From NCBI RefSeq assembly GCF_006345805.1, contig NC_043007.1, positions 28,458,001-28,522,000 of the forward strand: a stretch of 64,000 nucleotides of DNA, given 5' to 3'. The position numbers were made by a program, and so were the translations under genes. This document shows positions 51,901 to 63,604 of this stretch, piece after piece. The notes beneath the pieces were generated by a model. It was given only the letters and a program-made list of their open reading frames with translations. It was not told the origin of the DNA and ran no database searches. Source of the DNA: Octopus sinensis (lineage: Eukaryota). Every line of letters begins with the position of its first letter. Position 1 is the stretch's first letter.

Positions 51901-53871
51901 TTCAGTTAAGAAAATAATACCAAAATCTACAAATCAGACACAAATAATGCCTAGCAATCAGCACTGAGATTCATTTCTCTTCTCTGTGGATTACAGTGAA
52001 TGTGTGTGTGTGTGTGTGTGTGTGTGTACATGTAAACATACATAAATGCTTGTTCATATGAAGGTGTACTTACTTAAATTTATTTGTGAGTTTAGATGCC
52101 AATGTACAGGTGTGTTTGTGTGTGTGTTGTGTCCATTAAAAAATATTCCAACAACATGGCCATAGCAGCAGAAGTTGGTTACCTGACAAGGATTATTCCT
52201 AACAGACATACAACCTCAAATTTTATGGTGAGAGAAAGTCAACAAGATCAACCCCAGTATATGACTAGTACTTGATTCAAACTGTGGATATAAAGTATCT
52301 GAAGTAAAGAGAAGTCTGCCAATTTACTGATTTTGCTAACGAGGAAAATAATTTGCTATATAGGTAAAATAGTTAATGGGGGAATTCAGCCCACTAGAAA
52401 CTCCAGCCAAATATCCCCCAATCACAGTATGTGATATGTGTTGGTAAAGGAATACTTACACACTGTAGACCTTGATCCAAGGTCTGCTCGTTCATGGTTG
52501 ACCCGATGTTAAATAACACAAAGTGCAAAGGTTTTAATAGAGAAAAATGTGTGGTTTTCATTTCTTTCTCCATGCTATTAGATCAAATGAAGATGACCTC
52601 AGTGAAAGTTGTAACATATTCCTTGAATCTGCTAGTAGAGATTCCACTCAAGAAAACAGATTCTTCAGGAAAACATCTACAAGAGAAAATAACGACCATG
52701 CATTGCTCTCTTTTAAACCCCACCCTCTGCAATAAATAATGGCATTAACTCCAAAAATGTAGACTTTTTCAGCTGGTATTAATTCTGACTGGACATTCTT
52801 AAAAAAAGAAATCAAATCTGACCACTGACAACAGCTTTGAATCACAAAAATATAATCTATAGAACCTGACCATGCCGGTGGCACGTAAAAAGCACCCACT
52901 ACACTCAGAGTGGTTGGCGTTAGGAAGGGCATCCAGCTGTAGAAACACAGTCAGATCAGACTGGAGCCTGGCGCAGCATTCTGGCTTCCCAGACCCCAGT
53001 CAAACCGTCTAACCCATGCTAGCATGGAAAACGGACATTAAACGATGATGATGATAATGATGATTGTTTGAAAGAGATATTTACAGAGTTTTATATTGAG
53101 AATACAATCAAATAGACCTTTATAAACTGTTGTCCCTGCTATAGCAAGGGACTGTGGTGAGAGTAGAGTGGATAGTGTTGAAGAGATAGCAGCTCTGATG
53201 TTGTAGACTGTATGGAAACAGAGAAGGAAAGATAAGATTGGAGGAGGATATACAAGATTTGAAGAGGAAGATAGATAAGATCAGAAGTTTACAAAAAAAC
53301 TGTCAACCAAAATTATATATAAACATAATTTTTAAATGACACAGAACCATAATTTTTGAGGGATGAAAGAATCAATTTAAATACCATCAATGTTTGACAT
53401 GTCCTTAATTTTACCAAATCTGGAAGAATGAAATGGAAAGTTGATCTTGGTGAAATTTTCAGTTCATATTTTACTGACAGTTTTGACTGGTTGTTCATTC
53501 AACAATGTTTATATAACCGGGGAAATACTTAGAGGCATCTGCTGAACGAAAACATAACAGTAAAGTAGCATACCCCATGTACAAATAGAGTGGGAGGTAC
53601 TTGTTCCATCTGCCTTTTTCTCTTCTTCCCACTTCATTTTATGTTCCAGGCCATTTTTCTAGATTGCCCTTCCAATGTCCTTCCCTTTAAACCGTCTCAG
53701 TTCTGCCAATCCTTCAGGTTATTTTAATTCTTGTTTTACTTTTTAAAATTTTCTTTTTCATTTTTTCTATTTGCTTTCTTTTGTTTAGTTTTTATTTTTT
53801 GACATTTTTACATTCATAACAGCTTCCAAACACAGAAGCATGAACATATGCTTGTCACACTTCTGTATACA

Positions 53872-53908
<37 letters not shown>

Positions 53909-56900
53909 GTTTGTAAAGAGATAAATAACCCAAGGAAAATGAAATTACAGAACAACAATCTCATTTGACAGATTGGGTTTGCCTGGAGCACTTTGTGTGT
54001 GTGTGTGTGTAGGTATGCATAGATGTATGTAAACTAATATGTGTGTGCCTGTATGTGTGTGTCTTTTATAGAAATCTGTCACAAGAGGACTGTCAGTGAT
54101 TGTGTTGGTGTCATTTGGGCAAATCACCTCATATTTTGTGTCTGAACTTGTTTAAATTGGTTTCAGTGTGAAAAGGAGCAACTTGTTTGGTATGGCTGCT
54201 ACTTCTAGCAGGTGGGATGAACATTGCACGCGTGTGTGTGTGTGTTGGTCTTACAAAGAAAAGCATCTGGCCATAGAAAATGAGCTCCAACAACTTTTAT
54301 CTAAACCAGATATGGGTAACCCTTTTCAAGAAGTGGGCTTCACTGCTAAAAAAAATTGGTTTGCCATTCAGAAAGTAGTATGAATCACAAATTACCTCTA
54401 GGGTGAAGCTAGCCCATGACAGACCTAAGCAATGTCAAGATCATCATCATCATCATCGGAAAAACAAATGTAAAACTGGACAAAACACATCAGACCTATT
54501 GTACCGAGTCCATTCTATCTTTGCCCTCCTTTCCTATATTGACAGTCACCATCAAACAGTCAGTGTTCACCAATATACTCTTGCTTCTTTCCCCTTCATA
54601 TCCTCTAGCATTATTACCTCCTGGGTCACATTATCTTCAAAGTAGATAATACAGCACAGAATAGTGTGTACTGCTATCTCTTCTCTCTCTCTCTTATCAT
54701 TCATCTACCATCCATGCCTCTATCACTCTGTAAAGACAAGACAAGACATGATATCAAGAGGACCCTTTAGTCTTGTCAACAAGACTACTGCTCTAGAGCT
54801 GGAACCAAGGAAAAAATATACCCAGTTTACTTAGGTGCAAAGTGGTTGGGAAGGACCTTCAGCCAGAGAAACCGAATCACAATTGAAACACATGAGCAAG
54901 ATGTGGTCCTCCAAACCAACTAAGCATGGAGAGTTTTCATATTTCTGCTGAGTCCGATTGTGGCAACCCATGTAAAACATGTCAGCATAGCAAATTGATG
55001 TAAAAAAGATGGTAATCATGATGCTATGTAGGAAATCTAAATTTTGGAGGCAGAGGGGAAGAGTTTTACATAAATGAAATCTATTTCTTACTAGAGCTGT
55101 TATATTACTGAAGACTGTGTCTTTGGTTACATCTTATGTTGGTGGTGGTGAGAATGAAGACAGTAAATGTTTTAAATCTCAAATATAAAATCAAAGTGCA
55201 AGAGGTATAAATTGTCATGAAAGAGAACAATTTTAAAAAGTAGACCTTGCTAAGCATGCACACACACACACACACAATTGCAGCGAGGTAGGGGCCTTGG
55301 AAGTTGTTCTTATTCCCTCAAGACTCAACTTTCTGGTCCCTTCTACTTAAGACATCACTGAAGATAAAGACTTTAAGAAAAAAATACTGGTCAGGCCTCA
55401 GCTTTTGTGTTCACAGCATGTGTGTGTGTATGAACACACACACACGCACACATGGAGCACCTTGACACTGCGTGTACAAGGCAAACTCTTGACAGAATAT
55501 TTAATATGTCATTAATCTCATTGAGTGTGAACTCCACCTCTCTCAGCCAAAGAAGTATATAATTGTGTTTAAACAAAGTGTGTACTTGAAGTCTGAGAAA
55601 GATTGGTGAAGCCAGGAATTTTTTAATTAAAGTCAGTTAAACATTTCATCAGTAATTGGCATTCTTTACTAATAAGAATAGAATTTACACACTTGCAGTA
55701 TATAATTGAACTTATTTATAATAAGGAGTGTCCACTGTAGATATGGTGGTGGTGAGCCTGAGTTAGGCTATCATTATGAAATAACTTTATTACGTAATGT
55801 GTCCTTGCTTTCTTAAAACTGCAGAATGATTTCTGGCAGATTTGGTCAACTTAAACAATGACGATACCGTTTGCCTTTCATGACCGATTTCTCTCTATTG
55901 TTATAATTAAGTGTCTATACAAGCACATAACACTGAGTGTACATATCATAATCGTTATCTTTGCCATGCTGGTGTAGACGGGACGAGACTTTAACGAAGC
56001 ACTCTACAAGATATCCTTCCTGGTGCCAACCGTTAAATTTTAGTTCATTTTATTCTTGGTTTTCGTACAACAAACCACAGCCAGACATTTTGTTAGAGGG
56101 GATGCAACATCACCCCTGATGCCAAGCAGACTGTCCCAGTCCATCTTAACCCACCCTATTCCCCTCCAACACAGTTATCTCTGTTAGTCTCTCCATTACA
56201 ATCCTCTTGCAATCTTTGCCATCCATGAAGTGGGGTGGTGGTGGTGGTGGTGCAGGAGGAGCTTGTGTGTTGCAAGCCGGGACTACCAACAGTGTTGCTA
56301 CCACAAACAGTAAAGCAATTTTTGTGCTGCTTCCACAAAAATATGTACCCAACACATAAAGTGTAAAGTGGTTGGTGTTAGGAAGGGAACCCAGTTATAG
56401 AAACCCCATCAGAAATGAGGCACTGGAGCAGATGTGACCCATTGTAACCTGTTAAACTATTCACTCCATGCTAGCATGGAAAAAGAACATGGAATGATGA
56501 TGATGATGATATTGTGAATGTAAGAAATATTGAAAAAGTCAAATAAAGATAAGAAAGTATGTTTGTAATGAAAAGCACAAAGTTGTCAGTCCTAGAAAAG
56601 TGTTGAGGTCAATAGAAAGACATAAAGTGGTTCACACCAGAAATCCTGTTTCTATGACGACAGCAATAAATTTCTTTAGAAACAATAACATTTCACAAGT
56701 AAAAGAGGAGTGGTTTAGTAATTTTGTATAAAGTTGACATTGGGGGAAACTGGTTGTAATTTTATTGATTGTCCCTGCCCCCCACCCCCACCCCACGGGG
56801 ATTGCTGGAATTTCTTTTATGGCTGTTGCAGAAAACAGATTTAACAATCTAAGTTTAACCTTCATTATTTATTGACCATTGTTTGAATGTTTCTCTGAAA

Positions 56901-59518
56901 GTCACATCATGGCTGGACTTTCTTTACAGTGTTGTTTAAATACAATTTGATAATGAACTTTTTTTAAGAAGCAGAATTGTTAACAGACTGAGCAAAACAC
57001 TTAGCAAGACTATATCAAGAATTTTGCTTTACCTAATATTACAAAACAAATAAAAAAAATTTTCTTACAAAGTTACATTAAAGCAGCTTCCTGACCAAGG
57101 AGGAGAGTTATCTGCTGAAAGTTATTCAGAAAAACATTGACCTTATGAAGTGTAATCTAAATATTCCATTTCTATAAAATAACTGCTCACAGTGATTGTT
57201 TTCAATGTCAACTTCTCCAAACTGGCAAGAATCAGTGAAGGCTTCATCATCTTGATTTTGTGAAGCCAAACCATTTTATTCCTGATCTTCTTCCCAGTAT
57301 TAACATATGCCAGTCAATGAGACTCGTTCACATGTGCACACTAATGCAACTGGCCTCCAGTCACTCATTCACGTATGCATATATGAGTGTGTCCCTTTGT
57401 CTTGAGATTGCAGGATAGTTGTAAACAAGTGCCACTATCATACAAGCAGTGTCATTGGTTCAGTCTTCCATGAAAACATGTCTGGCCATGGGGAATATTA
57501 CCTTACTTAGAAACAGGTTGAAATACATGGCAACAGAAAGCACATCTGTCTATAGAAAATCTGCCTCAACAAACTTTGTCTAACCCATGCAACCTAGAAA
57601 AGAGAACAGTGAAACAATGATGAGATTAATTGATGCCTTTTAATACCTGCTCGCTATTTCAGCTCACTTGTCCCCTATGTTTTAGACAAGTTATTGTTAC
57701 ACAACCATTATATCAGACATTTCTCATTGTTCTCCACTTTCCAAAGAACTTCTTTCATCAACAGCCACAGTTCACTCCTCCTCCTACCTCTGCTTTTTGG
57801 ATATAAACTCCAAAAGGAGCAAGAAGGAAATGGTACACCAACAGATAGTAACCAATAAGAGTGCACCTATAGAAACAGTGTAACCCTATAAAGTCTGCTA
57901 GACAGAGAAGAGGTTCGGTAAGCAATGAGGAAAGTCTGTATTAGAGACATCATAACCTCCAGAAGTTCCTCATTAACTTTAGTTAACTAAACTTTCAGTG
58001 GATAGTGACAGGACAAAAGTCCAACAAAACTTGTTTCTTGTCTGCAGAGGTAAAAGGTGAAATTATTCAGTATGAAGAGAATCCTATGATTTGAAGTAAA
58101 GTCCTGCTTTGATTAAAAAAACACAAAAAACTTCAAATATGTCAGAAAATTCAGATGATTTCCAACACGTGTCTTTATGACATGCACATCTAGTTTAGAA
58201 ATTTCTATGTGAAAATATTTTCATTACCAATTGTTTTAGGAAAGATTTCATTGCTATTTACATCATTCCATCAAAACAAAATGAAAAGGTGAGAGTTTCT
58301 CCCATCCCACTCATCCAGTTTGTCACACATTAATTAACTGTCAATCGTTTAATACGAATGTACTGAGTTGAGTTGATTATCAAAAGAATATCTAATGACT
58401 AAGTTATTTTTATATTTTAAATCTACTAAATGAAAATTGTGTCAGTGTATTCTCACAAACAGGACAATGTGACACCGAGTCACATGTCTCATAATATTTC
58501 TGACTAGAGACATGAAAATAGATTTTTTTCAAATCATTTCTTTTTTCTTTTAATATCACTAATCAGTAAATGATAAAATTTATATCTTAGATACCTTCAC
58601 CATTAAAATGTGTAGATTAGTTGTGCTGATAGTTTTTCATTTAAAATTAACAAAGTCCTTGATTAACAAGTAAATTACAAATTAACACGACAACGTACTG
58701 ACCACGGACATGGTGCCATATGACAAAAAGAGCTTTCATTCTATGGAGTTGCTGTCAAGGAGAAAGAAGAGGACAACCTAAAGGAGATCCACTTGAATCC
58801 TCACAATAAAGACTGAGATGTGAGACAGAAGAGGATGAAAATAAAAAAAAAAAACCATATTGATAAAAAAGATTATGAAGAGGTTTTGTCTTGTGTGAGC
58901 TTACAGACATTGTAAGGACATATCACCATTTCTCAGATGATGGTATCAATGTAGTAATGAATGAGGTTAAGGAATAGATTCTTTAGCAGAGGGGTCGACT
59001 GGATATGTAAGAAATTAAAATGACAAAAAAATGTTATGAATTTCATAAGCTTAGAGCTGTTTCTGCTGTAAAATGCAATGCACTCATAGCTGCATGCTTG
59101 TGGATCACCCTAAAACTTCATTGGAGCTTCAAACATGAAGTGCAATATTATTTGGGACCCCTTCAAACTCCTGAATTCAATTCCTACATACGTTTGTTTC
59201 TTCTTCGGTAATGCTTCTTTTGTATTTACATGCAAATGGTTTTCCAAAGAGAATTACACTTCATGTTTGAGGCTCTGACGAAATTATAGGGTGATTTACA
59301 AGTATGCAACTAGGAGTGCATTACATTTTATAGCAGAAACAGCTGTAAGCTAATGAAGTTTATGACATAAATTTTCTTGTCTCTTTAATTTCTTGTTTCT
59401 GTTCTGTACTTGACGGAGACTTTGTTCTGAAGCACATAGAGATATATTGAGTTCTAGCACCACATTATTAGCATCACTATACCTAAATTAAATAATAATA
59501 ATAATAATAATAATAACA

Positions 59519-59550
<32 letters not shown>

Positions 59551-62500
59551 GTGATATCTCGCAGAATAATTCATTCCACGAACAAGCTTATTTTACAAGT
59601 CAATTTTCCTCATTGAAATTCATTAGAATATAATCCGTTCTAAGCCCCACAAACCATCCAAAAATCATTTTTTATGGGTTTTAAAACAGAAAAGGTGCAG
59701 TTATAAGGAAAATGACAATTATAAAACATAAAAGAGAATGCAAAAGAAATATGTAAACTGGTTTTATTAATTTAAGGACCTTAAAGGTGAGATGGTGTGT
59801 GTGCAATGAAGACAATGGAGCAGAGAGGGGGAGGGTTATTGTTTGGAAGGAGAATCTTCTTCCATTAAAACTTCAGGAAGAACAATTTCTGGAATTTTCT
59901 CTCTCACTTTGCTTAATTTAGGCTTTTTGGACACCCTTTCTTCACTTTTCACACTTGCAAGTCATTTCATTAGAAAACATATCAAGAGATGTCTGCTTTT
60001 TCCTGCCTTTCAAAATGTTACCAAAATGCCCCCAGAGCAGGGTGGTTAAATAAAGCTGCAGCACAACCTGTAGATGCTTTCTTGGGATGATATTTTTAGA
60101 AACATACTACCCCTTTGCCAACACTGCCTTCTCTGCTACACTGCTGAGAACCAATCTCTTACACCACATCTGAATGCTGCTGCTCCTGAAGCTGCAGGAG
60201 TTCATCTGTCATCAGCCCCCCTGAGCGTTCCTCAATGAGATTGTTAAATGTCCCCATCTTCAACCTTGAGGCCCATGGACTTGGCAAGAGTCACTATCTC
60301 TTCAACTAAAGGTGTCTCCAACTCAAACCCCTCAAAGTCTCTTTTGGATATGCAGTCAGGCCACAGTTTCCTCTATGCAGAAGTAAGTATTCTCATTACA
60401 CCCTGCCAGACCATATTGATGATTTTCAGGCAATTTACAATGTTGTAATGCTCCTTCCAAAACTCACAAATTGTTAAATTTGTATTTCCAATGACTTCAA
60501 AGCACCAATGAAACAGGTGTTTGGTGTACAATTTCTTAAAATTAGAAACCCACTTTTTGGTCCACGGGCTGCAAGGCAGGAGTGGTGTTGCATGGAAAAC
60601 ACAGAACTTTAATGAATTTTAATTCAGTCGGGATATCATCTTCAAATTTAGGAGGGTGAGCAGGAGCACTGTCAAGGATGAGAAGAATATTCTCCAGTAG
60701 GTGCTTCTTCACTGCTGGTCTGAAGATAAGGTTGACTCACATGCTGAAGAACTGCCTGCTGAACCAGGCTTTAACATTTGCTCTCCACATGACCTGCAGC
60801 TTCTCCTTCAGGATTTTGTGCAACTTGAACACTCATAGGTTTTCAGAATGGTAGGCAAAGAGCAGCTTAATCTTCAGGACCCCACTCACATTGGCACAAA
60901 GGATGAGAGTTAGCCTATCTTTCATAGACTTGTGGCCTGACTTTTCTTCTCCTCTGCAGTTATGTAGGTTCCTCAGCGCATTTTTCCCCCCAAAAAAGGC
61001 CAGTTTCATCAATAGTTGTGCAATGCACCCCTTGGCTGCAATGAGCTGAGGGAATTCACACACAAAAGCCTCAATCGCCTTCATGTCAGAACTCACTGCT
61101 TCTCCATACATGACGATGCTATGAAGACTAGTCCTCTTCTTGAAATTATTGAAACAGGCGTGACTGGCCTTAAATGTCTCCTCCTCTGTCAATGTTCCAG
61201 AGTTCTGCATCAAGAGATCCCCCTACAGCTCTTGTGCTTTCTCACAGATGATGGTCTCCATAATCATATCCCCTATGAGTTGCTTCTCACTGATCACCAG
61301 AAGCAATTTTTCCATCTCTTTTCTGGACAAATGTGTGTTGCTTGGAGAGAGTCTACAGACACTCTTTGCCATTGTAACAGACCAAGTCCACAGGGTAAAG
61401 AGTGGCTGTAAGAGGAATTCAGGTGAGCAGATATGGAGATAATGATGCAAATAAACAAAACTGCTTGAGTTAGATATACAAAATATACATACATGTAAAT
61501 AGGGAGAAAGCAAAGACTGCATTCTGATTTGAAATGATGGATATTTATCTCTCCGCCCTGAAGACCGAGGCCAGATCTACCCAATGCATATATAGTTTCA
61601 CTACTGGTTGCATATATGTTTGTAAACAAGATCTGCCAACATTATGAAGTAATCCCAAATACCCAGGAACTGCTGTACTCTGTAAGTTCGCTCTGTTAAT
61701 ATAGGAATATCTATGACTTGTAGCCATACAGTATTTTTTTATGCAACCACATGTTATAAAATATATTAAGCATTTATATAAGTCAATACTATTGTGTTAG
61801 TAGTGCATTTAAATCACATGTTAAGGTCATCTCTACATATTTTCTAGAGAAATTATAGCTAACACTGATTTTCCTAACAAAATCAGTGCTGGTTATAATT
61901 TCTGTAGAAAATCTGTAGAGAGGACCTTAACACGAGATATATCTATATGCTTATGCATATATACACACACACACACACGAAGGAGTGCTGAAAAGTTCCT
62001 GGCTTTAGGTAAAAGAAAATACAGGAGGACCAGTTAATTATGATTTTATTGAACATATTCTCCTCTCAGATTCGCACACTTATTGCAGAGGTCCTTCAGA
62101 TTTTCTAAGCCCTGTAAAAGAACTTGGAAGGCTGGGCCTTAAACCAGGCCTTTTGCAATACACTTAAAGCCAAAAACTTTTTCAGCAACACCTCATATAT
62201 ATATATATATTATATATATATATATGATGCATTCCTGTAGAATAGAGTTGGAAATTATCTAGTGAGCCAAAATCCGCGATTTTTTTGGATATGTGTGTGT
62301 TATAAATATTGTAGATTGCAATTTTGCCCAAAGACTATTGGGATGGGAAGATCCTCTCACCTTCTTCCCCTGCCTCCACTTCAGTGTGAACTTTCGAAAA
62401 TTTTTTAGATGTATGTTTAAGAAATAGTTACGCATATTTTTGAAGAACCTTATATTTGTAACAAAAAATCTGAGAATTCCGAAAGTCAAACTGAAAAATA

Positions 62501-63240
62501 ACGGAAAGAGGTAAGGATAGGGTGGAGGTTGCAAAAATCCTCATTATTTTGAGGAATAATATACGAGTTCAAAACACGTCAGAAGAAATCACGGTTTTTG
62601 GCGCATCAGTTAACTGCTAGGGACATCTATTTATCAGATAGATAGAGGTAAATTTTTACAAGTGCAAGATAGATAAATGTCACTGATCGCAAGATTGCTT
62701 CTATATGCTAACATTAAGCTACAAACAACCAGGTTAAAACGTACCTCATATGATTTCGAACAAGGTTTTCTAAAACTACAATCAACCTTGTAAACGAGAG
62801 GAAATGTGAAGTTAGGACCAGAATGCCTTACCCAACAACCAGTTGAAATGGAAGGGAACTAGTTAATAGACCCGTTAAAACAAACTGAAGTCAGAAGATA
62901 GTTTGATATCCATCTTGACCAAAGATCATAATGATGAAACTATTTCCGAGTAAGAATCGAAACCGGATTCTGGATATGGTTCGTTAAAAATATTTGCGTC
63001 ACAACCTATTCATTTGTTTACAAAAGAACAAGGATTAACGAAAGGTAAAAACATAGTCATTGGAAAATGTGACAAATTAAATTTCTTTAATAGGGGGGAC
63101 AAAACATAAAGCGACACGAGATAATGTGGAAGGATTCGGAGTGACAAAATCGAATAAAATAAGATGAACTTACAACCAGTTTCTGATGAAATTTCTTCAA
63201 TTTCTTCATGTTGAAGTAACCTCGACGTACGTGCTCCCAT
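35402..63240 (-). CDS. CHP1: Calcineurin B homologous protein (CHP1-like EF-hand protein, NHE cofactor), complete CDS; complement(join(35402..35455,38130..38210,39742..39845,41773..41885,44604..44684,48022..48094,63174..63240))
   Basis: Seven exons join to 573 nt = 190 aa + stop: MGARTSRLLQHEEIEEISSETGFSANQIARLYSRFTNLDKNNNGVLCREDFLRIPELAINPLGDRIVHSFFQESNEETVNFRQFMRVLARFRPTKTKLERNKLNSREEKLRFAFKMYDLDGDSKISREELLAVLHMMVGTNISEDQLESIADRTIAEADTDGDRHISFPEFQTVMELVDVEQKMSIRFLH. N-myristoylation pattern MGxxxS, canonical EF3 (DLDGDSKISREE) and EF4 (DTDGDRHISFPE) loops, CHP C-terminus VEQKMSIRFLH. Confidence 0.97.
35730..36620 (+). mobile_element. Degraded mariner transposase fossil in CHP1 intron 6
   Basis: LVTADETWAYLYEPEMVDQSMEWH (36139 onward; TGDETW..YEPE..QSMEW) and DLVSSNFHLFSPMKDTL (YSPDLAPSDFHLFGPMK); many frameshifts; TIRs not identified. 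Confidence 0.8.
36860..37225 (+). mobile_element. RTE LINE 3'UTR copy with several internal tandem units
   Basis: Units beginning (g)taaaaagcacc / atagaaagcacc repeat four times before the gtggttggtgttaggaagg tail and (GAT)-like end. Confidence 0.8.
38130..38210 (-). CDS. CHP1: CHP1 coding exon 6: LESIADRTIAEADTDGDRHISFPEFQT
   Basis: Acceptor cttcttttag, donor gtaagt; 81 nt, phase 0/0. Confidence 0.96.
39742..39845 (-). CDS. CHP1: CHP1 coding exon 5: (F)AFKMYDLDGDSKISREELLAVLHMMVGTNISEDQ
   Basis: Acceptor ttctcttttag, donor gtaaga. Confidence 0.96.
39989..40199. repeat. Tandem repeat, 70-bp unit x3
   Basis: tctttgaggagataaggagaagaggcttgaatccc(g/a)tactccaatatgggtctcaccag starts at 40001, 40071 and 40141; copies 1 and 2 are identical over 70 bp. 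Confidence 0.95.
39989..40810 (-). mobile_element. CR1-like LINE RT fragment, truncated at both ends, in CHP1 intron 4
   Basis: DFAKAFDSVDHRLLLVKL...SGVPQGSVLGPLSFLVFINDLP, a 1-nt frameshift just before ADDVK (40539-40547), then NVSKC...KDLGILVDSSFSPSAQCVHAANKARRVLFLIRRSF...LVRPILEY. Confidence 0.9.
41191..41516 (+). mobile_element. tRNA-derived SINE (different family from 26055)
   Basis: A-box-like TGTCCCAGTGATT, B-box-like GTTTCGATTC, distinct body ending gtcgtaaccgacagagtgccac. Confidence 0.65.
41773..41885 (-). CDS. CHP1: CHP1 coding exon 4: (S)NEETVNFRQFMRVLARFRPTKTKLERNKLNSREEKLR
   Basis: Acceptor tctgtttgtag, donor gtgagt. Confidence 0.95.
44604..44684 (-). CDS. CHP1: CHP1 coding exon 3: (C)REDFLRIPELAINPLGDRIVHSFFQE
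   Basis: Acceptor ttattcttcag, donor gtaagg. Confidence 0.96.
45170..46310 (+). mobile_element. Degraded Tx1/L1-like LINE 3' part
   Basis: QILAKVSAKWLILV (KILAKVLAKRL-like), similarity to 22800-23740, ends AATAAAG plus (att)n-like tail; tentative. Confidence 0.35.
48022..48094 (-). CDS. CHP1: CHP1 coding exon 2: (F)SANQIARLYSRFTNLDKNNNGVL
   Basis: Acceptor ctcttttccag, donor gtgagt; phases fit. Confidence 0.95.
51070..51330 (-). mobile_element. RTE LINE 3'UTR fragment
   Basis: catcatcatcctttaacgtctgttttccatactggcatgggttggac... is the reverse complement of the recurrent tail. Confidence 0.7.
52860..53060 (+). mobile_element. RTE LINE 3'UTR fragment (young-looking)
   Basis: Near-identical to 3770-3952, ending ggacattaaacgatgatgatgat. 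Confidence 0.8.
59549..61945 (-). mobile_element. Near full-length Tigger/pogo (Tc1-mariner superfamily) DNA transposon fossil, ~2.4 kb, in CHP1 intron 1
   Basis: Minus strand: CENP-B HTH remnant (MEKLLLV..EKQLIGD...ICEKA), FKASHACFNNFKKR, IDETGLFW (60990-61010), KDRLTL..CAN.SG..KIK.L..YHSEN, LILDSAPAHP (60654-60685), LQPVDQ, FKKLYTKHLF. Candidate TIRs tagtgatatctcg / cgagatatatcta (11 of 13) flanked by TA; taatccgttc subterminal motif at the low-coordinate end. Confidence 0.85.
61817..61934. repeat. Inverted repeat / hairpin, 56-bp arms, 6-nt loop
   Basis: 61817-61872 versus reverse complement of 61879-61934: 49 of 56 identical by manual alignment. Confidence 0.92.
61978..62195. mobile_element. 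Mariner-type MITE, ~218 bp
   Basis: Imperfect ~32-bp TIRs cgaaggagtgctgaaaagttcctggctttagg / cttaaagccaaaaactttttcagcaacacctca; right flank TA. Confidence 0.75.
62264..62604. mobile_element. Probable non-autonomous DNA transposon (unclassified)
   Basis: Inverted repeats gagccaaaatccgcgattt (62264-62282) / aaatcacggtttttggcgc (62586-62604), 16 of 19. Confidence 0.4.
63174..63240 (-). CDS. CHP1: CHP1 coding exon 1: MGARTSRLLQHEEIEEISSETG
   Basis: ATG in context acaacATGG; donor gtaagt (+ strand acttac 63168-63173). Confidence 0.95.
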
Positions 63241-63396
63241 GTTGTGGAAATTTAGTTTAATTGAGATGTGTTGTGGGGTGGCTTCACAGTAATTATTGGA
63301 GATAGTCAATTAATTAAAACTGTTAGTTTTAATTAATCAAGTCAACCAAAAAAGGTGTTAGAAATAATGACAGTATTAAGTGTTCAGTTTTAAAAC

Positions 63397-63420
63397 CTAC
63401 AAAACGGCAGAGAGAGACTT
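63397..63420 (-). promoter_or_regulatory. Candidate 3' splice site upstream of the CHP1 start-codon exon (5'UTR intron)
   Basis: Minus strand tctctctctgccgttttgtag|GTTTT; the 156 nt between this site and the ATG at 63240 contain no other ATG. Confidence 0.45.
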
Positions 63421-63505
63421 GATAACTGAGTGTGGCCAACTGGAATCTAGAAATGATAGCAAGGAAATCCTGCAACGATTATAAACACTCAATCTTCCTT
63501 TCTTT

Positions 63506-63604
63506 CCTCTGACCCTCTCCTTTTCTTTTCTTTCTTCCTCTGACCCTCTCTCCTTTTCTTTTCTTTCTTTCCTCTCACCCTCTCTCCTTTTCTTTTCTTT
63601 CTTT
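63506..63604. repeat. Three 31-34-bp pyrimidine-rich tandem units at the start of a CT-rich tract running to the window end
   Basis: cctct(g/c)accctctc(tc)cttttcttttctttctt(t) at 63506, 63537 and 63571. Confidence 0.85.

Noticed and set aside
56146-56355. ORF resembling a secreted peptide precursor (IALLFVVATLLVVPAC...PPPPPP...KR)
   Set aside because: Starts at GTG, not ATG; the proline run comes from a (CAC)n microsatellite; flanked by RTE tail fragments; no splice support.
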